A stretch of 64,000 nucleotides of DNA from an uncultured Arcobacter sp. (GCA_965140705.1 OZ223300.1:1056001-1120000), one strand, 5' to 3'; shown: positions 51,634 through 62,565, counted from the first letter of the stretch. Numbers and translations are program-made. Notes: a model not told the origin generated them from the sequence alone.

Positions 51634-52896
51634 ATGAATAAAGATCTAATAAATAAGATTCTTATTACATTAGGTTTTATATTTCTATACAGAGTATTGG
51701 CATACGTGCCAGTACCTGGTGTAAATATTGACGTAGTAAAAGAGTTTTTTGACTCAAATGCAAATAATGCATTAGGTCTTGTTAATATGTTTAGTGGAAA
51801 TGCAATCTCAAGATTATCTATTATTTCACTAGGTATTATGCCTTACATTACAGCTTCAATTATTATGGAGCTTCTAGCCGCAACTTTCCCTGCACTTGGT
51901 AAAATGAAAAAAGAACGTGATGGTATGCAAAAATATATGCAAATTATCAGATATGCAACTATTGTTATTACTTTAATTCAAGCAGTTGGTGTATCAATGG
52001 GTCTTAATTCTTTAACAGGTAAAGCAGGTCAAAGTGCAATCACAATAGATATGGATACATTTGTTGCAGTTTCTGCAATCTCAATGTTAACTGGTACTAT
52101 GCTTTTAATGTGGATTGGTGAACAAATCACACAAAAAGGTATAGGTAATGGTATTTCATTAATTATCTTTGCTGGTATTGTTTCTGCAATTCCTCATGCA
52201 ATTGGTGGTACTGTTGAATTAGTTAATAATGGACAAATGAATTTCTTAACTGTTATCGCAATTTTAGTAATAGTTCTTGCAACAGTTGGAGCAATTATTT
52301 ATGTAGAACTAGGAGAGAGAAGAGTTCCTGTTTCTTATTCTAGAAAAGTTATGATGCAAAGTCAAAATAAAAGAGTAATGAATTATATTCCTATTAAAGT
52401 AAATCTAAGTGGTGTAATTCCTGCAATTTTTGCCTCTGCAATTTTGATGTTCCCAGCTACAATTTTACATGGTAGTCAAAATAAGATTTTATTAGCTATT
52501 GCTGACTTTTTAAGTCCAACTAGTTATACATTTAATATTTTGATGTTTTTACTTGTAGTTTTCTTTGCATATTTTTATGCATCAATTACTTTTAATGCAA
52601 AAGATATTTCAGAAAACTTAAAAAAACAAGGTGGTTTTATTCCAGGTATTAGACCAGGAGAAGGAACAGCTGAGTTTTTAAATGAAACAGCAGGTAGATT
52701 AACACTATGGGGAGCTTTATATTTAGGAGCAATTTCTACAGTGCCATGGCTTTTAGTTAAGTCTATGGGAGTTCCATTTTACTTTGGTGGGGTTGCAGTA
52801 CTTATTGTTGTTCAAGTTGCTATTGATACTATGAGGAAAATTGAAGCTCAACAGTATATGAACAAGTATGATACTTTAAGTGCGGTTGGTTTATAA
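51634..52896 (+). CDS. secY: Preprotein translocase SecY
   Basis: LGIMPYITASII, GIGNGISLIIF, IPGIRPG. Confidence 0.98.
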   Translation: MNKDLINKILITLGFIFLYRVLAYVPVPGVNIDVVKEFFDSNANNALGLVNMFSGNAISRLSIISLGIMPYITASIIMELLAATFPALGKMKKERDGMQKYMQIIRYATIVITLIQAVGVSMGLNSLTGKAGQSAITIDMDTFVAVSAISMLTGTMLLMWIGEQITQKGIGNGISLIIFAGIVSAIPHAIGGTVELVNNGQMNFLTVIAILVIVLATVGAIIYVELGERRVPVSYSRKVMMQSQNKRVMNYIPIKVNLSGVIPAIFASAILMFPATILHGSQNKILLAIADFLSPTSYTFNILMFLLVVFFAYFYASITFNAKDISENLKKQGGFIPGIRPGEGTAEFLNETAGRLTLWGALYLGAISTVPWLLVKSMGVPFYFGGVAVLIVVQVAIDTMRKIEAQQYMNKYDTLSAVGL

Positions 52897-52901
52897 AAAT
52901 C

Positions 52902-53660
52902 ATGGCAATTTCATTAAGAAAACAAAATGAGATAGAAAAGCTTCGAACTGCTTCACAGGTAGTTGGAAAGACTTTAAACTATCTAAGAGAAAACGTTAAA
53001 CCTGGCATGACTTTATTAGAAGTTGATGCCTTAGGTGACGATTTCATAACCAGTTTAGGTGCTAGACCTTCATTTAAAGGCCTTTATGGTTTCCCTAATG
53101 CAGTATGTACTTCTCTAAATGAAGTTGTAATTCATGGTATACCATCGAATACAGTTCTACAAGAGGGTGATATTTTAGGTTTAGACATAGGTACTGAAAT
53201 TGATGGTTGGTATGGTGATGCTGCCATTACAATGCCTATTGGAAAAATATCAAAAGAGGATGAGGAATTAATTGCTTGTTCGAAAGATGCATTATATTAT
53301 GCTATTGATATTATAAAAGAAGGTATGAGATTTAAAGAGCTATCTTTTGCAATAGAAGAATTTATTGTAAAAAGAGGATATCAACCGTTAATTCGATTCT
53401 GTGGACATGGTATAGGGAAAAAACCTCATACTGAACCTGAAATTCCAAATTATGTAGAAACACCAAATATAAAATCTGGACCAAAAATAAAAAATGGAAT
53501 GGTATTTTGTTTGGAACCAATGGTTTGTCAAAAAGATAGAGAACCTATCATTTTAGACAATGGTTGGGATGTTATATCAAAAGATGGGTTAAGAACTAGT
53601 CATTATGAACATACAGTTGCTGTTATCAATGGAAAAGCAGTAATTTTAAGCGAGGCATAG
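52902..53660 (+). CDS. map: Methionine aminopeptidase type I
   Basis: [19 protein letters not shown]. Confidence 0.97.
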   Translation: MAISLRKQNEIEKLRTASQVVGKTLNYLRENVKPGMTLLEVDALGDDFITSLGARPSFKGLYGFPNAVCTSLNEVVIHGIPSNTVLQEGDILGLDIGTEIDGWYGDAAITMPIGKISKEDEELIACSKDALYYAIDIIKEGMRFKELSFAIEEFIVKRGYQPLIRFCGHGIGKKPHTEPEIPNYVETPNIKSGPKIKNGMVFCLEPMVCQKDREPIILDNGWDVISKDGLRTSHYEHTVAVINGKAVILSEA

Positions 53661-53671
53661 AAGGAAAAAAT

Positions 53672-53893
53672 GTGGCAAAAGATGATGTAATTGTAATTGA
53701 TGGTAAAGTTATTGAAGCTTTACCAAATGCAATGTTTAGGGTTGAATTGGAAAATAATGGGCATGTAGTTTTATGCCATATATCTGGGAAAATGAGAATG
53801 CACTACATTAAAATTTTACCAAATGATAAAGTAAAAGTAGAAATAACTCCTTATTCTTTGGATAAGGGTAGAATTACTCACAGATATAAATAA
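53672..53893 (+). CDS. infA: Translation initiation factor IF-1
   Basis: [19 protein letters not shown]. Confidence 0.98.
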   Translation: MAKDDVIVIDGKVIEALPNAMFRVELENNGHVVLCHISGKMRMHYIKILPNDKVKVEITPYSLDKGRITHRYK

Positions 53894-53931
53894 AAAAAAA
53901 GAAAGTATTAATTTAATACTTTCTTTTTTTT
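53893..53931 (+). terminator. Intrinsic terminator after infA
   Basis: A-run GAAAGTATTA/TAATACTTTC T-run. Confidence 0.75.
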
Positions 53932-53990
53932 AGCTTATTTTAAAAACTTACAGATATAATCACAATAGATTTATTTATTATTGGATAAAA

Positions 53991-55115
53991 ATGGAAAAAA
54001 ACATTAATAATATTAATGATTTGAAAAAAAATAAAAAAGAAGATCAAAAATTTAATGTTATTTCTGATGACTTACTAAATTTTACAAAATCTGAACTTCA
54101 AAATATTGAAATACTAAAATTCATTACTTATTTACCTGAACTTTTAAAACCCTCAATTGAACAATCAATTTATCATAAAATAGAAGAAGTAGTTTTTGAA
54201 TTAATGAAAACACCAGAAAAGCTTGATGATGAATCAATGATTAATAAATTAGTGAATATTACTAATGAAAGAGTAGATTTAGATAGAGCTGTTTTTAAAT
54301 CAAAATCTGAAGATATTAAAAAATTTATATCATTATTGATGAAAGAGTATGAAACTAGTTTATTTCTTAGTGATAACTCTTCAGCAAAATTAGAAATATT
54401 TAAAAATGATTTACAAGGTTTAGATATATCAGAACACTCAAATAGAGAACTTAGAATATTACATGCAAAACTTGCTGATTTGATATATAATATAGAAACT
54501 AATTTAGATGATTCAAAAGTTCAATTAATAAAAGGCAAAGAGACTTGTAATAGATTAGAAAAAGATATTGCAAAATTACAAGATGATTTAGAAAAATTAA
54601 AAATAGAAAAAGATATTGATTTTTTAACGGGAGCTCTAAATAGAAGAGGATACACTTCAGTAATCTTAAAAGTTGAGAATCGATTTATTACTTTTAATTC
54701 TAATTATGCAATTATATTTATTGATATTGATGATTTTAAAGAGATAAATGATGTGCATGGTCACGAATGTGGAGATGTTATCTTAAAAAGTTTTTCTACT
54801 ATACTTAAAAAACTAATGAGAGAAGAAGATATTTTATGTAGATATGGTGGTGAAGAATTTGTTACTTTAGTAAGTTATACAGAAGAAGATGAAGTATATA
54901 AATACATTAAAAGAGTAAAAGAAATTATTGATAGCCATAAATTTATCTATAATAAAGATCTTAGTGTAAAAGTTAGCTTTTCTGCTGGAGTCTCTTATCG
55001 AACAAAATATAATTCATATGAAGATGCAATGAAGTATGCTGATATTTTATTGTATAAAGCAAAACATGAAGGAAAAGGTAGAATTATCTTTGATAATTCT
55101 AAAGTTTTAGCCTAA
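53991..55115 (+). CDS. Diguanylate cyclase
   Basis: DFLTGALNRR, DIDDFKEIND, REED I-site, GGEEF. Confidence 0.93.
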   Translation: MEKNINNINDLKKNKKEDQKFNVISDDLLNFTKSELQNIEILKFITYLPELLKPSIEQSIYHKIEEVVFELMKTPEKLDDESMINKLVNITNERVDLDRAVFKSKSEDIKKFISLLMKEYETSLFLSDNSSAKLEIFKNDLQGLDISEHSNRELRILHAKLADLIYNIETNLDDSKVQLIKGKETCNRLEKDIAKLQDDLEKLKIEKDIDFLTGALNRRGYTSVILKVENRFITFNSNYAIIFIDIDDFKEINDVHGHECGDVILKSFSTILKKLMREEDILCRYGGEEFVTLVSYTEEDEVYKYIKRVKEIIDSHKFIYNKDLSVKVSFSAGVSYRTKYNSYEDAMKYADILLYKAKHEGKGRIIFDNSKVLA

Positions 55116-55199
55116 TATTTATACCTATGAAGCCTTAATCATCTGTTGCGCGCAATTTAAAAGTATGCCAGATAATTAAAACTCCATAGATATAAATAC
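55115..55199 (-). other. 31-bp hairpin fully paired only on the minus strand
   Basis: 25 Watson-Crick pairs plus 6 A/C mismatches on + that are all G-U on -. Confidence 0.7.
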
Positions 55200-55204
55200 T
55201 ATTT

Positions 55205-55420
55205 TTACTCATCTATCCTTTGTTTTGTTAAATTTATCTCTTTTTCTAATATCTCTTTTTGTTTAATTAATAAATTCAAATTCTTTTTTAACATTTCTTT
55301 ATCTTTATATGAATCAATAATAAACTCAAAAAGCTTAGGTCTATTTTTCTTCCAATTATGCAAAGTCGTTTTATTTATCTCTAAATCATTTTCCAATTTT
55401 CTTAAACTAGGGGCAGTCAT
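55205..55420 (-). CDS. Small HTH DNA-binding protein with coiled-coil tail
   Basis: SLRKLENDLEINKTTLHNWKK; ATG 55420 after AGGA. Confidence 0.75.
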   Translation of the reverse strand: MTAPSLRKLENDLEINKTTLHNWKKNRPKLFEFIIDSYKDKEMLKKNLNLLIKQKEILEKEINLTKQRIDE

Positions 55421-55451
55421 AATTAATCCTATAATATATCTTACAATTGAT

Positions 55452-55510
55452 ATTGTACAAATTATTGGAACAAAAGTCAATAATAAATTAAATTTTGTTC
55501 CAATAATTTG
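55452..55510. promoter_or_regulatory. Minus-strand promoter overlapped by 18-bp inverted repeat
   Basis: TTGACT-17 bp-TACAAT (55480-55452); CAAATTATTGGAACAAAA/TTTTGTTCCAATAATTTG. Confidence 0.7.
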
Positions 55511-55550
55511 AATATATTATAAAAAAAGGCACAATTTTGTACAATATCGC

Positions 55551-56219
55551 ATGACAAAAAATTTACAAAACAAATTACTTTACCAATTAAATTTTTTAAA
55601 ATCTATTGGATATGAATATGGACAAAATTTAAATTTTAAAAATAGTAATAATGAACAAGTAAGATTGCCTGATAATATAAAGCAATTAGAAGAATTAGTA
55701 AAAAATTGTCATTTGTGTCAATTATCAAAATATAGAGAAAATGTTTTATTTGGAAGTGGAAATATTAATTCTAAAATAATGTTTTTAAAAGAGTCACCAA
55801 CTATTAGTGAAGATGAAGTTGATACTTTTTATGTGGGAAAATCTGGAGAGTTACTTAAAAATATGATAGAAAAAGTTTTAAAAGTAACTTGTGAAACTGT
55901 TTATATTACAAATATAGTGAAATGTATTTCGCCAAATAGTGAGATTAAAGCAGAACATGTAAATTATTGCAAAGCATATTTACATAAACAAATAGATCTA
56001 ATAAAACCAAAGTTATTAGTGATCTTAGGAGAGAGTGTATATAGGTATTTTACAAATGATAACACAGCTTTTAGTGAAATTAGAGGTAAAGTTATACCTA
56101 ATAATGATTTAGATATTATATGCACTTATGAGCCAAGTTTTCTTTTACGAAACCCTTCGTCTAAAGGAGAGGCTTATGAAGATTTATTAAAAATTAAAGC
56201 AATTATGGAGCAAATGTGA
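55551..56219 (+). CDS. Uracil-DNA glycosylase family 4-like protein (degenerate motifs)
   Basis: CHLC, YITNIVKC, PSFLLRNP. Confidence 0.8.
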   Translation: MTKNLQNKLLYQLNFLKSIGYEYGQNLNFKNSNNEQVRLPDNIKQLEELVKNCHLCQLSKYRENVLFGSGNINSKIMFLKESPTISEDEVDTFYVGKSGELLKNMIEKVLKVTCETVYITNIVKCISPNSEIKAEHVNYCKAYLHKQIDLIKPKLLVILGESVYRYFTNDNTAFSEIRGKVIPNNDLDIICTYEPSFLLRNPSSKGEAYEDLLKIKAIMEQM

Positions 56220-57316
56220 AACATCTTTATCTTATTATCGCAATACTTTTCTTATTTACTGCTTGTGCTAATAAAGAAATAAAAATACCTAATCAAAATA
56301 GTTCAAAAATAGATACAAATACTAACACAAATAAAGATACTAATATATATACTCCAAGTTCAATTTTTACTCAAAATAACGAAGAAGAACCAGAAGATTT
56401 TAGGATTGCAATTATATTTCCTTCTAAAGTTGTGGGTAAATATGGTAACTCGACTATAAATAGTGTAATAGGATATTTATTATTCCAAAATAAAAAATTT
56501 GAAGTAGAATCATTTGATAGTGAAGATGAAAGCTTTGAAAATATTTCTAAAACAATGGATGAAATAAAAGATAAAGGTTATAAAAAAATTATTGCTTTAT
56601 TTACAAATAATGCTTTAATCAATATAAATAATATCTCTGCTTTTAATAATATGGAAGTATATTTCCCTTTAATAAGTAAAAAAGATGCTTATTTTATCTC
56701 TTCTACAAATTTTATTTATGGAGCTATTTCTTATGAAAATCAGATGAAAAAGCTTTTAGAGTTATCAACTGGCGATAATGCAGAGTTTTATGAAGAGTCA
56801 AGTATAGGACAGATGTTAAAAGGTATTTATGAAAGATTAGTTTCAAATATTGTTGTAAATCAAAATGTAATGCAAAGTAATAATAACTTTAAAAGTATGG
56901 TTACAAATGAAAAGTTAAAACACACTAACTTGATGTTAAATACTACTTTAGTAAAATCTTCTATTATTCTTTCTCAACTTTATGCTTATGAGACTGAAAA
57001 TGGTGCAATTATGACTACTCAACTTAATTTTGATCCTTTGATTTTATCATTGACACAATATGAAGATAGATTAAATCTAGTTTTAGCAAGTTCAATAGAA
57101 GATACTGATCCTAAATTGACAGAACTTTTATATCTTCTTGATACTGATATTAAATATAATTGGGTAAATTACTCTACTTTAATAGGAGTTAATTATTTAT
57201 TTTCTAAAAATAAAAATGGTTTAATAAAAAATCAAATTGTAAATGATGAAGTGCTTTATGATACACATTTATATTATTCTACAAAAAGTAGTTTCAAAAA
57301 ACTAGAACTTAAATAA
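56216..57316 (+). CDS. Hypothetical lipoprotein
   Basis: Lipobox LFTAC; GTG start overlaps upstream stop. Confidence 0.75.
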   Translation: MKHLYLIIAILFLFTACANKEIKIPNQNSSKIDTNTNTNKDTNIYTPSSIFTQNNEEEPEDFRIAIIFPSKVVGKYGNSTINSVIGYLLFQNKKFEVESFDSEDESFENISKTMDEIKDKGYKKIIALFTNNALININNISAFNNMEVYFPLISKKDAYFISSTNFIYGAISYENQMKKLLELSTGDNAEFYEESSIGQMLKGIYERLVSNIVVNQNVMQSNNNFKSMVTNEKLKHTNLMLNTTLVKSSIILSQLYAYETENGAIMTTQLNFDPLILSLTQYEDRLNLVLASSIEDTDPKLTELLYLLDTDIKYNWVNYSTLIGVNYLFSKNKNGLIKNQIVNDEVLYDTHLYYSTKSSFKKLELK

Positions 57317-57386
57317 CACTTTAAAAAAACTCTCAACAACTTTTAGATATAATCGCGTATATTTTATAAAGGGCTAATGCCCTGTT

Positions 57387-59150
57387 TTGGAGCACGAATT
57401 GAGAACGCATTATTGTACAGAAGTTACAGAATCACTTATTGGTCAAGAAGTTACTGTTGCAGGTTGGGTAAATAGTAGAAGAGATCATGGTGGTATTATT
57501 TTTATTGATTTAAGAGACAAGGGTGGTTTAGTACAACTTGTTGCTGATCCTGCTGATTGTAAAGATGCTTTAGAGACTGCTGAAAAAGTTAGAGATGAAT
57601 TTGTTCTAATTGCAACTGGAAAAGTAAGAGCTAGAGGTGAAGGATTAGAAAATCCAAACTTGATAACTGGAAAAATTGAAATTATTTTATCTGATTTAAT
57701 TATTGAAAATAGATCAAAACCTATGCCATTTGATTTAGGTGATGAAAAAGTAAATGAAGAGATTAGATTAAGAAATAGATTCTTAGAATTAAGAACAAAA
57801 AAATCTTATGATATTTTTAAACTTAGAAGTACAGCAAATATAGCTATTAGAAATTGTTTAAATGAGATGGAATTTTTAGATGTGGAAACTCCAATTTTAA
57901 CTAAATCTACACCTGAAGGTGCTAGAGATTATTTGGTTCCATCTAGAGTTCATCCTGGTGAATTTTATGCATTACCACAATCTCCTCAAATCTTTAAACA
58001 ACTTCTTATGGTAAGTGGTTTTGACAAATATTTTCAAATAGCAAAATGTTTTAGAGATGAAGATTTAAGAGCAGATAGACAACCAGAATTTACTCAAATA
58101 GATGTTGAGATGAGTTTCTGTACTCAAGAAGATGTTATAAAAGTTGCTGAAAAATTGATTCATGATACTTTTACTGCTTGTGGAAAAGATGTTCCAGCAA
58201 CTTTTCCAAGAATGACTTATAATGAAGCAATGGAACAATATGGAAGTGATAAACCTGATTTAAGATTTGATATGCCACTTGTAGATGTTATTGATATCTT
58301 TGCAAGAAGTACAAATGAAATCTTTGCAAATATTGCAAAAGATAAGGCACACAATAGAATTAAAGCAATTAAATGTCCAAATGGAGATAATATTTTCTCA
58401 AAAAGACAAATGAAAGCATTTGAAGACTATGTAAGAAAATTTGGGGCTCAAGGTTTAGGGTATTTTCAAATGAAAGAAGATGGTTTAAAAGGACCATTAA
58501 CAAAATTCTTTACAGAAGCTGATTTAGAAGAGATTGTAAAAGTAACAGAACTAGAAGTAGGGGATGTAGTATTCTTTGGAGCTGGTCATAAAAAGATAGT
58601 TTGGGATTATATGGGAAGATTTAGACTTCATTTAGCTGAGCAAATGGATATAGTACCTGCTGATACATATAAATTCTTGTGGGTAGTTGACTTCCCTATG
58701 TTTGAAGTAGAAGAAGGTAGAGTTAAAGCTTTACATCACCCATTTACTATGCCAAAAGATTTAAATAAAGATAATCTTGAAGAAATAGAATCTATTGCTT
58801 ATGATATTGTATTAAATGGAACAGAACTTGGTGGTGGAAGTATAAGAATTCATAAAGAAGATATTCAAAAAGAAGTATTTTCTTTAATGGGAATTTCAGA
58901 TGAAGAAGCAAGAGAAAAATTTGGTTTCTTACTTGATGCACTTCAATTTGGTGCGCCTCCACATGGTGGATTTGCTTTAGGACTTGATAGAATGATTATG
59001 CTTTTAGCTGGTACCGATTCTATTAGAGATGTTATTGCTTTCCCTAAAACACAAAGAGCTCAATGTCTTATGACTCAAGCCCCAAGCCCTGTTGATGAAG
59101 AACAATTAAAAGAGCTAAGTCTAAGAATTAGAAAACAAGCTAATATTTAA
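57387..59150 (+). CDS. aspS: Aspartate--tRNA ligase, probably non-discriminating Asp/Asn
   Basis: [34 protein letters not shown]. Confidence 0.97.
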   Translation: MEHELRTHYCTEVTESLIGQEVTVAGWVNSRRDHGGIIFIDLRDKGGLVQLVADPADCKDALETAEKVRDEFVLIATGKVRARGEGLENPNLITGKIEIILSDLIIENRSKPMPFDLGDEKVNEEIRLRNRFLELRTKKSYDIFKLRSTANIAIRNCLNEMEFLDVETPILTKSTPEGARDYLVPSRVHPGEFYALPQSPQIFKQLLMVSGFDKYFQIAKCFRDEDLRADRQPEFTQIDVEMSFCTQEDVIKVAEKLIHDTFTACGKDVPATFPRMTYNEAMEQYGSDKPDLRFDMPLVDVIDIFARSTNEIFANIAKDKAHNRIKAIKCPNGDNIFSKRQMKAFEDYVRKFGAQGLGYFQMKEDGLKGPLTKFFTEADLEEIVKVTELEVGDVVFFGAGHKKIVWDYMGRFRLHLAEQMDIVPADTYKFLWVVDFPMFEVEEGRVKALHHPFTMPKDLNKDNLEEIESIAYDIVLNGTELGGGSIRIHKEDIQKEVFSLMGISDEEAREKFGFLLDALQFGAPPHGGFALGLDRMIMLLAGTDSIRDVIAFPKTQRAQCLMTQAPSPVDEEQLKELSLRIRKQANI

Positions 59151-59204
59151 GATATTAGTTTTATATAAAAAGGAAGTTTTAACTTCTTTTTTATAAACTA
59201 TCAT

Positions 59205-60005
59205 ATGAAAAAATTAATATTACTCCTTATCCTTTTATCTACTTTTATTTATGCAAGAGTTAGTTATACAGTAACTATTGAACCACAAAAATTTTTTCTA
59301 GAAAGAATTGGACAAAGTAAAGTAAAAGTTAGAACTTTGTATGAAGGCATAGATTATACTCAAAAATTAGATCATGTCTATTTTAGAAAATTTGCTTTTT
59401 CAGAAGCATATTTAACAATAGGACTTCCTGTTGAAAAAGAATATGCAAAAGAACTACTTGGATATAACAGTGATTTGAAAGTAATTGATACTAGTAAAGA
59501 TGTTGAAAAACTTTATGATAATGGAAAGGTCAATCCTTATTTTTGGTTGGACCCTTTAAGAGTTAGAAAAGTTACAAAAGTTATGCTGGATATACTTATA
59601 AAAAATGATCCAAGCAATAAAGAGTTTTTTGAGTTAAATTATCAAACTCTGATGGTTGAGTTAGACAAAATATTTTTACGATTAAAAAATACTTTGTTTT
59701 ATTCTACAAATGCTGTAATGGTTTTTAATGATAAATTAGAGTACTTTTTAAATAGATTTGATGTGAGATATTATAAAGCAGAAAATGAAATATTAAGCGG
59801 ACCTAAATTTACAGAAATATATAGACTAAGTAAAGAAAAAAATATAAAATATTTAATAGTTGATAAAACTATTAATTATAATGTTTATAATACTTGGTCA
59901 AATGCAAATAATATGGAAGTTATTCATACTGATATTTACTCTTTTAATTGGTTCGCCGATTTATTTGTTCTTTCAGACAAAATAGCCTCTAAAAAAGAGG
60001 AATAA
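59205..60005 (+). CDS. ZnuA/TroA-like solute-binding protein lacking His ligands
   Basis: VTIEPQKFF, NPYFWLDP. Confidence 0.65.
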   Translation: MKKLILLLILLSTFIYARVSYTVTIEPQKFFLERIGQSKVKVRTLYEGIDYTQKLDHVYFRKFAFSEAYLTIGLPVEKEYAKELLGYNSDLKVIDTSKDVEKLYDNGKVNPYFWLDPLRVRKVTKVMLDILIKNDPSNKEFFELNYQTLMVELDKIFLRLKNTLFYSTNAVMVFNDKLEYFLNRFDVRYYKAENEILSGPKFTEIYRLSKEKNIKYLIVDKTINYNVYNTWSNANNMEVIHTDIYSFNWFADLFVLSDKIASKKEE

Positions 60006-60006
60006 A

Positions 60007-61737
60007 ATGTTTTTACCCACTACAAAAGAAGAGATGGATAGACTTGGTTGGGAACAACTAGATGTTATCTTAATCTCAGGAGATGCTTATGTTGATTCTC
60101 CTTTTATTGGTGTTGCAGTTGTTGGAAGAATACTTGAAGACTTAGGTTATAAAGTAGGAATTATCGGTCAACCAAATTTAGAAAATGGTGACATCACAAG
60201 ACTTGGTGAACCTAAGCTTTATTGGGGTGTTAGTGGTGGAAGTATTGATTCTATGGTCTCAAACTACACAGCAACTAAGAAGTTTAGAAATAGCGATGAT
60301 TATACTCCTGGTGGAAAAAATAATAAGAGACCAGATAGAGCAACTTTAGTTTATACAAATCTTATAAGACGTCATTTTAAAAATACAGTTCCTATTGTAC
60401 TTGGTGGAATAGAGGCAAGTCTTAGAAGAGTTACCCATTATGATTATTGGACAAATAAATTAAAAAAACCAATTCTTTTTGATGCAAAAGCTGATTATAT
60501 GATTTATGGTATGGGTGAAATTGCAATACGAGAGTTTACTAACGCTTTAGCAAAGGGTGAAGACCCAAGAAAGGTTAGGGGAGTTTGTTATATCTTTAAA
60601 GAGCCAAGAGAAGAGTATATACAACTACCTAGTCATGATGATTGTTTAAAAGATAAAAATAAATATATAGATTTATTTGATTATTTCTATCAAAATAATG
60701 ACCCAATAAATGCAAATGGACTGTGTCAAAAAGTAGATACTAGATTTTTGATTCAAAATCCTCCCTGTGATTATTTAGATGAAAAAGAGATGGATTATAT
60801 TGCTGACTTTAAGTATACAAGAGATTTACACCCTTATCATAAGCCAGAGGGAAAAGTAAAATGTTTAGAGACAGTGAAGTTCTCTATTCAAACACACCAT
60901 GGATGTTGGGGAGAGTGTAACTTCTGTGCTATTGGAGTTCATCAAGGACGAACAATACGAACAAGAAGTGAAGCAAATATTTTAAAAGAAGCAAAAGAGT
61001 TCACTACATACAAAGACTTCAAAGGAATTATTTCTGATGTTGGTGGACCAACTGCAAATATGTATGGCTATGAGTGCGGTAAAAAGCTTAAAAAAGGTAC
61101 TTGTGATGATATTAGATGCGTAGACTTTGATAGGCTTTGTAAGGTTATGAAAGTGGATCACTCAAGACATTTGAAACTTTTACAAAATATTAGAAAAGTG
61201 CCTGGAATAAAAAAAGCCTTTGTTGCTTCTGGGCTTAGATATGATTTTATAAGTGCTGATAAAAAGCATGGATATGAGTATTTAAAAGAGTTAGTTAATC
61301 ATCATATATCAGGACAAATGAAAGTTGCACCTGAGCATACTTCTGATAGGGTTTTAAAACTTATGGGAAAACCAGGTAAACAACCTTTGATAGAATTTAA
61401 AAAGATGTATGATAGATTGAATAAAGAGGCTGGTAAACAACAGTTTTTAACTTATTATTTAATAGCAGCACACCCAGGATGTGAAGAGAAAGATATGCAT
61501 GAACTTAAGCATTTTACAAAACATGAATTAAAAATGAATCCAGAACAAGCACAAGTTTTTACTCCAACACCAGGGACATATTCAAGTGTTATGTACTATA
61601 CAGAATTAGATCCAATTACAAGAAAAAAGATTTATGTGGAAAAGGATACAAAAAGAAAAGAGAAACAAAAAGATATAGTGATAGACAAATCTTATTATCA
61701 AAGAAGAAAATCAAATGGTGCTAGCTTTCAAAGTTAG
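60007..61737 (+). CDS. YgiQ-family radical SAM protein
   Basis: FLPTTKEEM, SGDAYVDSP, CWGECNFC, APEH. Confidence 0.92.
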   Translation: MFLPTTKEEMDRLGWEQLDVILISGDAYVDSPFIGVAVVGRILEDLGYKVGIIGQPNLENGDITRLGEPKLYWGVSGGSIDSMVSNYTATKKFRNSDDYTPGGKNNKRPDRATLVYTNLIRRHFKNTVPIVLGGIEASLRRVTHYDYWTNKLKKPILFDAKADYMIYGMGEIAIREFTNALAKGEDPRKVRGVCYIFKEPREEYIQLPSHDDCLKDKNKYIDLFDYFYQNNDPINANGLCQKVDTRFLIQNPPCDYLDEKEMDYIADFKYTRDLHPYHKPEGKVKCLETVKFSIQTHHGCWGECNFCAIGVHQGRTIRTRSEANILKEAKEFTTYKDFKGIISDVGGPTANMYGYECGKKLKKGTCDDIRCVDFDRLCKVMKVDHSRHLKLLQNIRKVPGIKKAFVASGLRYDFISADKKHGYEYLKELVNHHISGQMKVAPEHTSDRVLKLMGKPGKQPLIEFKKMYDRLNKEAGKQQFLTYYLIAAHPGCEEKDMHELKHFTKHELKMNPEQAQVFTPTPGTYSSVMYYTELDPITRKKIYVEKDTKRKEKQKDIVIDKSYYQRRKSNGASFQS

Positions 61738-61757
61738 TATCTTTGTATTTTTATATA

Positions 61758-61793
61758 AAAAAAGGGCAAAACTTATTAGTTTTGCCCTTTTTT
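61758..61793. terminator. Bidirectional terminator
   Basis: AAAAAAGGGCAAAACT/AGTTTTGCCCTTTTTT. Confidence 0.8.
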
Positions 61794-61810
61794 ATTTTTG
61801 TAAATTCTAA

Positions 61811-62452
61811 TTATGAAAGAGCGTTAATCATATCTTTTGTTACATCTGATACATCTTTTGTACCATCAAGTTCAACAAATACACCCATATCAGTATAAAA
61901 ATCAATAAGTGGTGCTGTTTGTGCATGATAAGCTTCTAATCTACTTTTTACAGTCTCTGCATTGTCATCTTTTCTAATAATAAGTTCTCCACCACAGTAG
62001 TCACATACATTTTCTTCTTTTGAAGGATTAAATTCTACATGAAATGAAGCTCCACATTTAGAACAAACTCTTCTTCCTGTAATTCTTCCAACAATTAGTT
62101 CATCTGGAACATTTAATGAGATTACTTTATCAAGTAATATTTCCATATCTGCCATTAGTTTATCTAAAGCTTGTGCTTGAGCTAATGTTCTTGGAAAACC
62201 ATCAAGGATAAACCCTTTTTTACAGTCATCTTCAGCTAATCTATCTTTAATAATACCAATAATTGTTGAATCAGGAACTAGCTTTCCTTCATCCATGAAT
62301 TTCTTTGCTTCCATTCCCATTTCTGTGTTATCAGCAATAGCTGCTCTTAAAATATCTCCTGTAGAGATTTGAGGAATATTATATTTTTCAATTAAAAATT
62401 TTGCTTGTGTTCCTTTACCAGCACCTGGTGCACCAAATAGCATTAAATTCAT
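61811..62452 (-). CDS. adk: Adenylate kinase, long LID with zinc motif
   Basis: GAPGAGKGTQ, LDGFPR, CSKC...CDYC. Confidence 0.96.
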   Translation of the reverse strand: MNLMLFGAPGAGKGTQAKFLIEKYNIPQISTGDILRAAIADNTEMGMEAKKFMDEGKLVPDSTIIGIIKDRLAEDDCKKGFILDGFPRTLAQAQALDKLMADMEILLDKVISLNVPDELIVGRITGRRVCSKCGASFHVEFNPSKEENVCDYCGGELIIRKDDNAETVKSRLEAYHAQTAPLIDFYTDMGVFVELDGTKDVSDVTKDMINALS

Positions 62453-62565
62453 AGTTTACTTTCCTTATTTTTTAGGTATTGTATAGAAAAAGCATTTAAT
62501 AACAAATAAAAAATTTAAACCAATTTAGATATAATCATGCCACTTAAATACAACTAAGGGCATAA

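Noticed and set aside
55115..55199. Hairpin as integron attC, SRP RNA or tRNA
   Set aside because: No RYYYAAC/GTTRRRY boxes or extrahelical bases, no SRP GGAA-loop motif, no cloverleaf.
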